Positions 63,906-64,000 of a stretch of 64,000 bases of DNA are shown here, in pieces; within the stretch, counting starts at the first letter, position 1; the number at the start of each line of letters is the position of its first letter. The DNA is from Pseudolabrys sp. (GTDB lineage Bacteria > Pseudomonadota > Alphaproteobacteria > Rhizobiales > Xanthobacteraceae), in assembly GCA_035315965.1 (NCBI GenBank), contig DATFXJ010000062.1, forward strand, positions 5,007 to 69,006, given 5' to 3'. The position numbers were made by a program, and so were the translations under genes. Below the pieces are notes generated by a model. That model did no database searches. It saw only the letters and a program-made list of their open reading frames with translations, and was not told the DNA's origin.

Positions 63906-64000
63906 ATGCGCTCGCTCGACGCCGTCAGTCTTTCCATATTGCTTGGCAGTTTGCTGGTTCTCACCGGCATCCTGTCTAGCCTTATCGCGCTGCGATTCGG
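63906..64000 (+). CDS. Potassium/proton antiporter (CvrA/NhaP2-like), N-terminus, truncated by window end
   Basis: MRSLDAVSLSILLGSLLVLTGILSSLIALRF resembles the CPA1/CvrA start; GGAGA RBS. Confidence 0.7.
   Translation, partial: MRSLDAVSLSILLGSLLVLTGILSSLIALRF

Overview
A 64 kb GC-rich bacterial chromosomal segment with no rRNA, tRNA, CRISPR array, transposase or integrase detected. The gene set and repeat families point to Hyphomicrobiales, probably a Bradyrhizobium/Pseudolabrys relative (inference). It is mostly transport and catabolic genes. (1) ppk2 with a Na/Pi cotransporter and an L,D-transpeptidase. (2) Enolase-family, Bug/TctC and ComD/ComE-like ThDP genes. (3) A ~14 kb mostly minus-strand GntR-linked cluster with a signal-peptide-less binding-protein-fold protein, a LivKHMGF-type ABC system, three PuuE-like CE4 hydrolases, an amidase, PyrE, an FAH-family enzyme and a cupin. 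(4) Three single-barrel MetE-like Zn enzymes near a benzoate-CoA ligase, a serine-glyoxylate aminotransferase, an FAD/Fe-S oxidase and TctCBA. (5) A CzcA-type RND pump, an NMT1-type ABC system and chrA. (6) An acetoin-dehydrogenase-like E1a/E1b/E2 cluster containing an aldehyde dehydrogenase. (7) map, denD, an aminotransferase, an acyl-CoA dehydrogenase, BKACE and a CvrA start. Reading between the ORFs shows a pseudoknotted chrB leader RNA that sequesters its ribosome-binding site, a promoter-to-terminator sRNA candidate, three families of REP-like palindromes, and several pseudogenes that keep both termini but have lost their middles. All protein calls rest on motif recognition and recalled family knowledge; no database search was run.
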